Positions 1 through 9,093 of a stretch of 64,000 nt of DNA are shown piece after piece (the stretch's first letter is position 1; each line of letters begins with the position of its first letter). Source of the DNA: Clostridia bacterium (GTDB taxonomy: Bacteria > Bacillota > Clostridia > Christensenellales > DTU072). The stretch covers positions 713 to 64,712 of the forward strand of contig JAFXIQ010000015.1 of the NCBI GenBank assembly GCA_017533005.1, in the 5' to 3' direction. A program made the position numbers and the translations under genes. The notes beneath the pieces were generated by a model. That model was not told the DNA's origin and ran no database searches. It saw only the letters and a program-made list of their open reading frames with translations.

Positions 1-2
1 AT

Positions 3-632
3 GGTGGACATAGAATATGGTTATCTCCGGAAGAAGAAAAGACCTACGTTCCCGACAGCACGCCCGTTAAGTATGAAATCACGGGAACCGGCGCTATCTT
101 TACGCCTGACAAATGGGCTGTTCACGACGTTCAAACAGGGTTAGAAATTGCATTCAAAGAAGACGGAAGCATTGACGTTAAAATGACTGCAAAAAACGAG
201 AGTGGTAATACCAAGAAGCTTTGTATTTGGGCGTTGACGGTTTTGAAGTGTGGCGCAGAGCTAACCGTTCCACTATCCACGGAAGACACGGGATATCTCG
301 CTAATCGCAACATCGTACATTGGCATTACAACGACGTTAACGATTCTCGTTACAAACTTTACAACGATAAATTTATTTTGAAAAGTAGCGATAAGGCAAC
401 CGGGCCTATGAAAATAGGAACCTATTTGAAGGACTTTAAGACGATATATCGTTACGGCGACACTACGTTTATTAAGAGCATAGACGTTGTAGAGGGCGAG
501 TATCCGGACTTTTGTTGCAACCTAGAAACTTATACTAATCGTTATATCCACGAGGTGGAATCGCTATCGCCACTTGTCGACGTTAAGGACGGCGAAACGC
601 TTACACACGTAGAAAACTGGAGAGTTGAATGA
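3..632 (+). CDS. hypothetical protein, 5'-truncated by the window edge
   Basis: The frame of track ORF 183..632 stays open back to nt 3 (GGHRIWLSPEEEKTYVPDSTPVKYEITG...). Its TGA stop overlaps the next start (ATGA at 629-632). I recognise no catalytic motif. Confidence 0.5.
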   Translation, partial: GGHRIWLSPEEEKTYVPDSTPVKYEITGTGAIFTPDKWAVHDVQTGLEIAFKEDGSIDVKMTAKNESGNTKKLCIWALTVLKCGAELTVPLSTEDTGYLANRNIVHWHYNDVNDSRYKLYNDKFILKSSDKATGPMKIGTYLKDFKTIYRYGDTTFIKSIDVVEGEYPDFCCNLETYTNRYIHEVESLSPLVDVKDGETLTHVENWRVE

Positions 633-1957
633 TGATTAAACTTGATAAAAATTACTACCCAATGTATTTATGGCAAAGGGATTTTCTAGAAGGCTTATCT
701 GATAATAGCAAGCCTTTTATCTTGGCAATTGAAAGGGGAGAAGGTGCCGTAGCACGCTACTCTACAAGACTAGGCGCTGATTACGAAAAGAACCTAGAAT
801 ACGCCGAGAGATTGGTTAAATTTATGTTGTGGTCGTATGGTGGCTACAAGTTCTACGTTTACGGCGACAAAGCCGTTTGCGACGGACTACGCGCTATTTA
901 TTCGCCGAGCGGAGAGAGAGCTTTCGACTATAACTTTATGACGGACGTTTACGAGAGAGCGTTGGAATTCGTGGCTGTTGAAAACGTAGAAGACGTTCCT
1001 GCGGACTGCGACCACGGTATCAAAGCTTCTGCCGAGAACACAGGCTATCGTATAGGGTTCGATGCAGGTGGCTCGGATAGAAAGGTTACCGCTTGTATCG
1101 ACGGCAAGGTTGTTTTCGAAAAGGAAGTAGTATGGTTCCCGAAGCTCAATAGCGACCCCGAGTATCACAAAGCGGGAATTAAGCACAGCATTGATTTGGC
1201 ACTAGACGCGCTGGGTGGAAGAGTAGATGCGATAGGTGTAAGTACTGCAGGTATCGTCGTTGACGGAGAAATGCGCACTGCATCATTATTTAGATTGGTT
1301 CCCAAAGAGATTTATAAAAAGGAAATAGGTCCTATCTATTTGAATCTTGCAAAAGACTACAACTGCCCCGTAAAAGTAGCTAACGACGGCGACGTTGCAT
1401 CGCTTGCAGGAGCTTATTCAGCAGGTCAAGGTCGCGTTCTAGGTATTGCTATGGGAACTAGCCTTGCAGCGGGGTACGTTGATAAGGATAACAAGATTTT
1501 GGGCTACTTGAATGAACTAGCGTTCGTTCCTGTCGATGCGAACAGAAACTCTGCTATCGATGAATGGAGTGGCGATACCGGAGTGGGCGTTATGTATCAC
1601 TCGCAAGACGCGGTTATCAAACTTGCTCCCGAAGCAGGTATCGAATTGGATGCGAATTTAAGCCCTGCAGAGAAGCTAAAAATAGTACAAAAACTAGCTA
1701 ACGAAGAAGACGAAAGAGCGCTCGCTATATTCGAAAAAATGGGCGAATATTTCGGCTATACGCTACTATGGTTTAATGAATTTTACGATATTGAAAAGAG
1801 CATTTTCTTGGGTAGAGTTGCCTCTGGAAAGGGTGGAGAAGTACTACTAGAAAAGGCAAATTCCATATTGAAAAAAGAACACTCAAATATAGAAATAATG
1901 TTACCCGACGAGATGTCGAGAAGACTCGGTCAATCGTTCACGGCAACGCTTTTATAG
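629..1957 (+). CDS. ROK-family protein (putative sugar / N-acetylhexosamine kinase) with an extra N-terminal region of about 130 aa
   Basis: ATP-binding motif GFDAGGSDRK, then GVSTAGIVVDGE and VANDGDVASLAGA, which are typical ROK/ASKHA sugar-kinase signatures. GGAGAG Shine-Dalgarno about 5 nt upstream. Start overlaps the upstream stop. Confidence 0.7.
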   Translation: MMIKLDKNYYPMYLWQRDFLEGLSDNSKPFILAIERGEGAVARYSTRLGADYEKNLEYAERLVKFMLWSYGGYKFYVYGDKAVCDGLRAIYSPSGERAFDYNFMTDVYERALEFVAVENVEDVPADCDHGIKASAENTGYRIGFDAGGSDRKVTACIDGKVVFEKEVVWFPKLNSDPEYHKAGIKHSIDLALDALGGRVDAIGVSTAGIVVDGEMRTASLFRLVPKEIYKKEIGPIYLNLAKDYNCPVKVANDGDVASLAGAYSAGQGRVLGIAMGTSLAAGYVDKDNKILGYLNELAFVPVDANRNSAIDEWSGDTGVGVMYHSQDAVIKLAPEAGIELDANLSPAEKLKIVQKLANEEDERALAIFEKMGEYFGYTLLWFNEFYDIEKSIFLGRVASGKGGEVLLEKANSILKKEHSNIEIMLPDEMSRRLGQSFTATLL

Positions 1958-1983
1958 ACCTAAAAAAGGAGAAAAATTGAAAA

Positions 1984-2790
1984 ATGAAACTCAATCAAAA
2001 AGCTGAAGTTGTGCATGGAAAAAAGAAGATTTACACAGATTTAGTCATTGCAGCGCATCAAGACGATGTCGAGATTATGTGCCCCCAAGCAGTAATTAAG
2101 GGATACCAAAGTGACAAATTCGGAACGGTTGCAGTTGTAACTGCCGACGGTAGTGGAAGCCCTAGAGCCGGCGAATACGCAACCATGTCAAATGAAGAAA
2201 TGATGGTAGTTAGAAGGCTCGAACAAATTGCCGCTGCGGAAGTTGGCGAATACTCGGATTTAGTGCTTTTGAACTACACGAGTGGCGAGATAAAGGATAG
2301 GAGCTTCGTTTCGATTGTGGACGATTACGAAGAGATAATTCGCAACTACAAACCCGAAGTGATTTACACTCACAACTTAGCCGACAAACACCCCACTCAC
2401 GTTGGCGTCGCAGTTAACTGCATTAAGGCTATCCGTAGACTGCCGAAAGAACTTCGCCCGAAGAAGCTTTACGGCTGTGAGGTATGGCGTTCGCTAGATT
2501 GGCTATCCGATACCGAAAAGGTGGTTTTCGACCTAACGGGATACGAAAAACTTATGAACGACGTTTTAGACGTTTACGCTAGCCAAATTGCAGGTGGCAA
2601 GGCTTACGGCATCGCATCTCTTGGCAGACGTGCAGCTAACGCTACGTATGCAGCATCACACGGCGTTGACGTATGCGAGCACGCAGCTTATGCTATGGAT
2701 TTAACGCCTTTAATCGAAGACGACAGCATCGATTTGAAAGAATTTATCGTTGGCAAAATCAAGAATTTCATTGACGAAATACTAGTGTAA
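1984..2790 (+). CDS. PIG-L/LmbE-family N-acetylglucosaminyl deacetylase
   Basis: N-terminal VIAAHQDDVEIMC (the AHPDDE-type PIG-L motif) and a downstream HPTHVGV histidine motif. AGGAGA upstream. Confidence 0.7.
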   Translation: MKLNQKAEVVHGKKKIYTDLVIAAHQDDVEIMCPQAVIKGYQSDKFGTVAVVTADGSGSPRAGEYATMSNEEMMVVRRLEQIAAAEVGEYSDLVLLNYTSGEIKDRSFVSIVDDYEEIIRNYKPEVIYTHNLADKHPTHVGVAVNCIKAIRRLPKELRPKKLYGCEVWRSLDWLSDTEKVVFDLTGYEKLMNDVLDVYASQIAGGKAYGIASLGRRAANATYAASHGVDVCEHAAYAMDLTPLIEDDSIDLKEFIVGKIKNFIDEILV

Positions 2791-2851
2791 CGACTGTCGC
2801 TCGTGCGCGCTTTATGTAGCGAACGGAAATAAAATAGTAAATAAATTGCGA

Positions 2852-2889
2852 AAGCGAAAGGCAAAAATGGGCTTTTCGCTTTTATTTTT
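2852..2889 (+). terminator. rho-independent terminator after the deacetylase gene
   Basis: Stem AAGCGAAAG / CTTTTCGCTT around a loop of about 11 nt, followed by TTTATTTTT. Confidence 0.55.
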
Positions 2890-3054
2890 GCGCGCATTGT
2901 AATGTTCACATAAAATTCATATTCGAGATGCTTTTTGATAGGCACCACAACATTTTGTGGGTTTTGTCCAAAAACTACACAATTTATGGGTGTCGAAAGT
3001 GAACGAAAAGTGAAGTTTTACGGTAGCTCCCTTTATAATATAAGAAATAAAGCG

Positions 3055-3083
3055 TTGACTTAATTTTTAATTAAGCGTATAAT
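3055..3083 (+). promoter_or_regulatory. sigma-A type promoter for the giant-gene operon
   Basis: TTGACT (3055-3060), exact 17-nt spacer, TATAAT (3078-3083). This predicts a 5' leader of about 110 nt before the ATG at 3202. Confidence 0.6.
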
Positions 3084-3201
3084 TGTGCCAAGGAGTGGGT
3101 CGAGATATCGGCCCTTTTGCAATAACAATGCGCGTGAGCGCACAAATAATAACCCAAAATCACAAACCACAAATTCCTTACCCCCAAAATGGAGAAACAC
3201 C

Positions 3202-6200
3202 ATGAAAACCAAGTTTTTCGCAAGGCTACTAATACTACTCATCGTAGCGGGATTATGCCTTACAATGTTCGCTTGTTCACCAAGAGAAAACGACTCGTTG
3301 CCAGACGATTCTATCGATAGAGGTGAGCAAGAAGTAATTGAGGACGAACTCGTCGTCAACAATAAAGTCGACCTTACAACGGCTACTGCCACGATTAAGG
3401 AAACGATTGAGAACTACCATGCAGTCTACCCGGTAATGGAAGACGCAGAGTGGTTTATTCTCGACTTCCAAATCGACTTCTTCCACAACTATTTTTGGTT
3501 GGATGCAGAAGATAAGATGTCCTTGTATCGCGACTACACAATCGTTATCAAGGGTAATCTTCACTTGAAGTCAGAAGACCCGAATAAGCTTCCGAACGAC
3601 GACAGCGTACTTTCTGTAGAAATTATCGACAACGACTACAACTATCTTGCAGCCGGTTTCTATTATTTCGACAAGACCTTGTACGTCAACATCGCAGGAC
3701 AAAAATTCAAGTCAAAAGAAGTTAACATGAGCCAAGTTGGCTTGCTATTATCGAATCTTATTGTGGGGAATAACATCGATATAGTTGGTCTTGTTGGTGG
3801 TTTCTTGAGTGGTAAATTAGGACTCGCAGGGTTAGAGGCTGTCGACGGTCTCTTGCCTATCATTTTGGGAATGTTATTTGATGGTAAAAAATCTTATGTC
3901 ACGGACTACGATTACGACGATGCAACGGGAGAATATCTCGCTCGTGACATAAGCAATACGTTAAAGCTAACTGGAAAAGACGGTTTGTTGAATATGTTTA
4001 CAGAGGACGGCTCTATAGGCGGTTTTATAACCATTAGTTGGGATACGTTCGGTTTGCCTAACTTAGACCCATTGATGTACCAAGTTCTTGGTCTTTCTCT
4101 AGAGAGCATCTTTACGAAAGACTGGTCGGCACTACCTATGGACGCATACTTCGTAGCTAAGACCAAACTTATGGACGTTCCTAAGATTGACGAACAAGGC
4201 GTTGCTTACACCGAAAGAGATTACGTTTTCTCCGGTATCGAAATTACTATCGATTCTACTGCTTACGAAGTAAACGAAACAAAAGCAGACTATGCATCGG
4301 TTGACCCCGAGGACATGGAGGAAGATGAAGTTATCGAAGCAGTTAGCACGCGTATCGGTCTCAACCCCTTGTATTTGAGAACAGACGACGAAAAGATATT
4401 CATTAACTTGAGTGGTATCGCTAACGATACTGCATACGAACAAGGTGGTATAGGTAACCTAGGTCTTACATTAAGCCTTTTCGTAGAAAACGATGACAAC
4501 GGCAAACTAACCATTGGCGATATTATCGGCACTGCATTTGGTCTAGACTTAGGCGCATTAGCAGAAATGCCTATCAATTTCCCGCATCAATCCAAGTACA
4601 ATTTCACGCTAGACGTCAAATTGGCGCTAGACTTCTTCGATAGAACGGCTACACAAGCCGAAATTTCCATTTTATTCGACGGTTACCCCATCATTAGAGT
4701 TTTCCTTGACGGCGCAACGCTTTACTTGAATTTCGAAGGAATTCAAACGATGTCAGGGGCTGTTCTACCTAACCTCAAACTAGTAGGCTTCAGCATAAAC
4801 GACTTGCTAGGTGGCATATTAGGTAGCATTTTACCGTACATAGACCCAGACGCACCGTTGTTACCACCGGCTGCTGAAGAAGATGCAAAAACACTCGCTC
4901 AATACTTGCCTCTCAACGAAGGCGAAGGTGAAGGCGAGGGCGAAGCTCCTCAAGGAAGCCAAATCGACATAATGAAGCTTGTTGGACTAATCGTTGACAA
5001 TATGCATTTGAACGGTGGTCCTCTACCTAATCGTGATTGGAGCCTAGAGAAGTGGATTCTTTCAATCGACCTAGGAAACGATGCGATTAACGAACTTCTT
5101 GGCAACTTTATGGACCTACAAGGCGAGCTAGGACTCAAAGGCATTTCAATTTCACTTGATTTACGCGATATTCTCGACGAAATCCAAGTCAATATCGACC
5201 TTTCTGACACCGTAAGAGCTGGTTTAACTCTAGACGCTTTGACATACTTGAGAGAGCCCCTTTGGAACAACAAAGCAATGGTTGCTACTCAAGAACTCCG
5301 TGATAAATACACGAATATCACCGTTTACAGAGACGAGAGCGGAATGGTAAAAGCTTTCAATCAATACTACAACGTATTCTTGAACGGCGACGTTTCATTC
5401 GGGCTACAAGACACCACGCAAGGTATGGGCATTGGTGGAATCGGTTCTTTGCTTGGTGAAGGACTAGAAAATCTACTCGTTACCATCGGCGTAGACACAA
5501 ACACGGTGGAAAAGGTTATCAATTCAACGATGGCATACAAGCTATCCGCTAATATCGACGTTGTTTCGATGGATAAGCTATCACTTGCTATCACGTTGCA
5601 CGACCCGCTAAACAATACGTCAGAGGGTGAGTATCTCTTCATTTACTACGAAGGCGGTGAAGATACGCTCTACCTAGACCTTAACAAACTCAACAACTTG
5701 AATATCGGTATGTTGGGAACGCTTCCCAAGCTCAAGATAGAAAATCTAGGCTTAAGAGACACGTTGAGAGGTATAAACATTGCCGATATAATGGCAGGTT
5801 TGATAAATACAGACGACCTACAAAACGCATCTCCGTCCGTATTCGGCTTGACTGTTGACGCAACCAACCCCAATGCAGTTGCAGAAACCGTTCACGCATT
5901 CTACAACATGGTTGTTTGCGAAGCATATCTAGCATCACAAGCAGGCAACTGGTTGTTTAACAATCCTCTTGGAGAAGGCGAAGGCACCGAAGGCACTGAA
6001 GGAACGGAAGAAGGCGCCGGCCTAGATATTATGGCGATTATAGGCGTCGCTCTTGACCAAATCGAAATTGACAGGTACAAGGGCACTATTAGCGTTATAG
6101 TTGCTTCCAACGTACTAACTGCGTTGATGGGCATTCTCAATATGCCGTTGACGCTTCCTAGCGTAAACGCAGGCGTTCAAATCAAACTCGGTGGCTTTGA

Positions 6201-9051
6201 CTTTTCACAAGGCTACATAGAAGATGGTATTTTGAGCATTAAGCTCGCGCTACTAGACGACGCCGACAAAGAAATAGAAGCTATCAGCCTTGAACTCGAT
6301 ATTTTGAAAGATCTCGGCGTAAGAATCGGCGAAGACGCAAACCAAATTTCCGGTGGCTTTAAGCGTGAAGACTTCATAGAACTCAACGAGTTTATTGAAA
6401 AGCTTAAGATAGGCGTAAAACTTACTGGATACCTTGATTTGAATTCAGATGAACCTTCTTACGAAAACGATTATATAAACGACATGCTATCGGGACTTTT
6501 AGAAGGTCTTGCAATGGCATTGAAGCTAAATCTTGATTTAGAGAACTTCAGACTCTATATGGGCTTTGAAATCGTTGGCAACATCAACATCAACGATATC
6601 TACTCATCGGAAATCAAGATAGGCGTTTACGACCTAGAAACCAATCCCAGAACGGAAGTTCTAGGCATTTACTTGAAAGACGGCAACTTGTACTTGAATC
6701 TCAGCTACTTCGGTATGCCGAGTATTGGTATTAAGAATGTTAAGAAGCTCATAGAAGAAGATATTGGCGCGCTAACTGGAGCGGTTTCTTCTTCGAAGAA
6801 CCAACAAACGGCGGGCAATCTACCTTCGTTGACAAATATTCAAAATCTTGCTAAATATGCAACTACGGACAACCCCGAGGCTCTAGCTATCGTAGCACTT
6901 ATCAACCCCGAGGCTTTAACCGTAAGCATTTCTGCAGAAGTTCTATCGAAAATTCTAGCTATACTTCTCAAGAGCGAACTCCCCATTGCGCTTAAAGATA
7001 CAATGCTAAGTATCGGTTATGGCGGTGGCAACGCGCTAACCGTTAAGACCGGTGTAGAAGTTCTCAATCTTGAATTGGCTCTAGCAGAAATCAAGATAAC
7101 GCTAGCAGAAAATGAATTGAATACCGTTGAACTACCCAAAGACGTTGAGTTCTTCACGGGCAACGGCGAAGGTTTACCAGAAAACATTTATTTGAATGTT
7201 GGCGGTATGGCATATATCAATAGTGAGCCTGTTGAAGGCACCGATAAGAACATTATCGATTTAACGCCGATTTTGAAAGGAATACTTCCCGCTAACATCG
7301 ACCTTAATATGTTTATCCAAACGTTAGGTATTGTTGACGGAGCGCTATTCTTCAACTTGGAAGGAAGCGTAAACATTGGAGAAATTCTTTCTCTTCTCAA
7401 TGTTGGCTTTGACCTAACCCAAATTACCAAGACGTCACTCAAGTTGAGCTTGTCGACCTATTCGGCAGACGGCGCAATTGACACAAACGGCGAAAGAAAG
7501 AAGACTCCCGTTATGGAAGTATTCTACGTAGGTGGCGACTTGTACATCCACATGGAAACCTTCATTCTTGACGTCGAATACGTTCATATCGAAAAAGCGA
7601 ACGTTATCCTTGCAGATTTAATCGCAGGATTAGGCGGAACTAAAGAAGAAGAAAATTCTAACGCTACAAACGAAGGCGAAGGCGCTACAGAAGGCGAAGT
7701 TGCACCTAGCGAGCCGGACGACATGGACGTTGCGAGCCTATACATTAACCTAGTACTCGCTAACCATGGTATTTCGGTTTCACTCACCAAGTCGTTCCTA
7801 ATTGGACTAATTGGTGCGTTAGGTATGGACCTTTCCAGCTACCTAGACGGATTTGATATCAACGTTGACGTTGGTCTATTCGCTAAACCCTTGTCTGTAA
7901 ACATCGGCATCGGACTAAAGCAAGAAGGCGGCAACGTTATTGAAATGGGCCTCAAGCTAAACGAACTTGACCTTCTTGTCAACCAAGCTCTCGTTATGGA
8001 AGAAGCTGACAAAGAGCTCTACAGAAAAGTAACTACGTTAGACGCTATCGGCATCAAGCTAGGTATGGTTGTTACGCTAGAAGCAGAAGGTGAATATAAA
8101 CACGATCCAGAAACCGGCGTAGAAGGCTATATCCAATCGTTAAGTGGCGTTCTCAAAGAAATCAAGAAAATCCTAGGTGAACAACTTGATTACGACAAAC
8201 TAGTTTGGAAAGAAGAACAAAAGATTCTTCGTGAACTAGATTGGAAAGAAAAGATTTCAGCAGAAAATCTTGAAAAAGAATATCAAGAAGCACTACTTCT
8301 TGACCCAACTCTAGCAGGTAGGGAAGAAGAATGGAAGAGCATTCGAACAACCTTCTATACGGAAGAGTACATAGCATCTGTAACCGACCTTAGACTAGAA
8401 GCTGACTACGAAATTTACGAAGCAACGGCAATAGATTTACGTAAATTGCTAGATATCGGTGCAATCATCGAAATCATGGAAAAGAACGTAGGTGACCTCG
8501 CAAAATTCGGTGGCGAAGTTTATATTGATATTGAAGCTAGAATCAATATTACCGACTTATCCGACTTGAACCTTAGCCTATCCGTAAGCTCAAAGGCTGA
8601 AGAAGAAGCAGGCTACGTAAAAGGCGATATCGTTGCTATTAACGTTGTAAGTACTTGGGATGAAGCAAAAGAAAAATACGATATGGGTATTTACCTAGAC
8701 CTATCGGGTATTTCTAGCGAAAGCCTAAATATCGGCGACAAGATTAAGATTACTAACATCGAAAAATTCCAAGAATACATCGCACAATTCTCACAAGAAG
8801 TCAGTGGTAGCGAAGGTAACGACGCTCTTGCAGTTGCAAGCCCATTGTTCGCTGGAAACAACGGCATAACCATTCAAGACGAAGCTGGCGACGTTGGTAG
8901 CGAAGTTTTGACGGCTGCTGCAGTTATTTTGAGCATTGCTTCTGATGAAGAATACGTTTCTGCTCTAGGCGCACCTCTAGCATTGACGGTTGGCTCGGCA
9001 TGTATTTATGGTTTAATTAAGAGCTTAATCGGTGACTCAACTACTGCATGA
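3202..9051 (+). CDS. giant surface lipoprotein, part 1 (1,949 aa), built from repeats of an unrecognised module of about 330 aa
   Basis: The track ORF starts at 3085, but the -10 box lies at 3078-3083. GGAG at 3191-3194 sits 7 nt before ATG 3202, which opens MKTKFFARLLILLIVAGLCLTMFAC|SP, a signal peptide with a lipobox-type Cys. The body holds six repeats of an LY[LVI][DNH] motif about 1 kb apart, separated by Gly/Glu-rich linkers. It ends at TGA 9049-9051. Confidence 0.8.
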   Translation: MKTKFFARLLILLIVAGLCLTMFACSPRENDSLPDDSIDRGEQEVIEDELVVNNKVDLTTATATIKETIENYHAVYPVMEDAEWFILDFQIDFFHNYFWLDAEDKMSLYRDYTIVIKGNLHLKSEDPNKLPNDDSVLSVEIIDNDYNYLAAGFYYFDKTLYVNIAGQKFKSKEVNMSQVGLLLSNLIVGNNIDIVGLVGGFLSGKLGLAGLEAVDGLLPIILGMLFDGKKSYVTDYDYDDATGEYLARDISNTLKLTGKDGLLNMFTEDGSIGGFITISWDTFGLPNLDPLMYQVLGLSLESIFTKDWSALPMDAYFVAKTKLMDVPKIDEQGVAYTERDYVFSGIEITIDSTAYEVNETKADYASVDPEDMEEDEVIEAVSTRIGLNPLYLRTDDEKIFINLSGIANDTAYEQGGIGNLGLTLSLFVENDDNGKLTIGDIIGTAFGLDLGALAEMPINFPHQSKYNFTLDVKLALDFFDRTATQAEISILFDGYPIIRVFLDGATLYLNFEGIQTMSGAVLPNLKLVGFSINDLLGGILGSILPYIDPDAPLLPPAAEEDAKTLAQYLPLNEGEGEGEGEAPQGSQIDIMKLVGLIVDNMHLNGGPLPNRDWSLEKWILSIDLGNDAINELLGNFMDLQGELGLKGISISLDLRDILDEIQVNIDLSDTVRAGLTLDALTYLREPLWNNKAMVATQELRDKYTNITVYRDESGMVKAFNQYYNVFLNGDVSFGLQDTTQGMGIGGIGSLLGEGLENLLVTIGVDTNTVEKVINSTMAYKLSANIDVVSMDKLSLAITLHDPLNNTSEGEYLFIYYEGGEDTLYLDLNKLNNLNIGMLGTLPKLKIENLGLRDTLRGINIADIMAGLINTDDLQNASPSVFGLTVDATNPNAVAETVHAFYNMVVCEAYLASQAGNWLFNNPLGEGEGTEGTEGTEEGAGLDIMAIIGVALDQIEIDRYKGTISVIVASNVLTALMGILNMPLTLPSVNAGVQIKLGGFDFSQGYIEDGILSIKLALLDDADKEIEAISLELDILKDLGVRIGEDANQISGGFKREDFIELNEFIEKLKIGVKLTGYLDLNSDEPSYENDYINDMLSGLLEGLAMALKLNLDLENFRLYMGFEIVGNININDIYSSEIKIGVYDLETNPRTEVLGIYLKDGNLYLNLSYFGMPSIGIKNVKKLIEEDIGALTGAVSSSKNQQTAGNLPSLTNIQNLAKYATTDNPEALAIVALINPEALTVSISAEVLSKILAILLKSELPIALKDTMLSIGYGGGNALTVKTGVEVLNLELALAEIKITLAENELNTVELPKDVEFFTGNGEGLPENIYLNVGGMAYINSEPVEGTDKNIIDLTPILKGILPANIDLNMFIQTLGIVDGALFFNLEGSVNIGEILSLLNVGFDLTQITKTSLKLSLSTYSADGAIDTNGERKKTPVMEVFYVGGDLYIHMETFILDVEYVHIEKANVILADLIAGLGGTKEEENSNATNEGEGATEGEVAPSEPDDMDVASLYINLVLANHGISVSLTKSFLIGLIGALGMDLSSYLDGFDINVDVGLFAKPLSVNIGIGLKQEGGNVIEMGLKLNELDLLVNQALVMEEADKELYRKVTTLDAIGIKLGMVVTLEAEGEYKHDPETGVEGYIQSLSGVLKEIKKILGEQLDYDKLVWKEEQKILRELDWKEKISAENLEKEYQEALLLDPTLAGREEEWKSIRTTFYTEEYIASVTDLRLEADYEIYEATAIDLRKLLDIGAIIEIMEKNVGDLAKFGGEVYIDIEARINITDLSDLNLSLSVSSKAEEEAGYVKGDIVAINVVSTWDEAKEKYDMGIYLDLSGISSESLNIGDKIKITNIEKFQEYIAQFSQEVSGSEGNDALAVASPLFAGNNGITIQDEAGDVGSEVLTAAAVILSIASDEEYVSALGAPLALTVGSACIYGLIKSLIGDSTTA
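9049..9051 (+). other. single in-frame TGA separating the two giant ORFs
   Basis: 3085 and 9094 are both in frame 1. Codons 9052-9093 (TDLGTTLTDEQKLL) contain no further stop. The TGA is followed by A. Confidence 0.9.
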
Positions 9052-9093
9052 ACCGACCTAGGCACGACGCTAACCGATGAACAAAAGCTTCTA

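Noticed and set aside
3085-3201. N-terminal extension of the first giant ORF (MPRSGSRYRPFCNNNARERTNNN...)
   Set aside because: It would start 2 nt after the TATAAT -10 box. Its composition is non-protein-like, low-complexity and basic, and it lacks an SD. ATG 3202 has GGAG at 7-nt spacing and opens a lipoprotein signal peptide.
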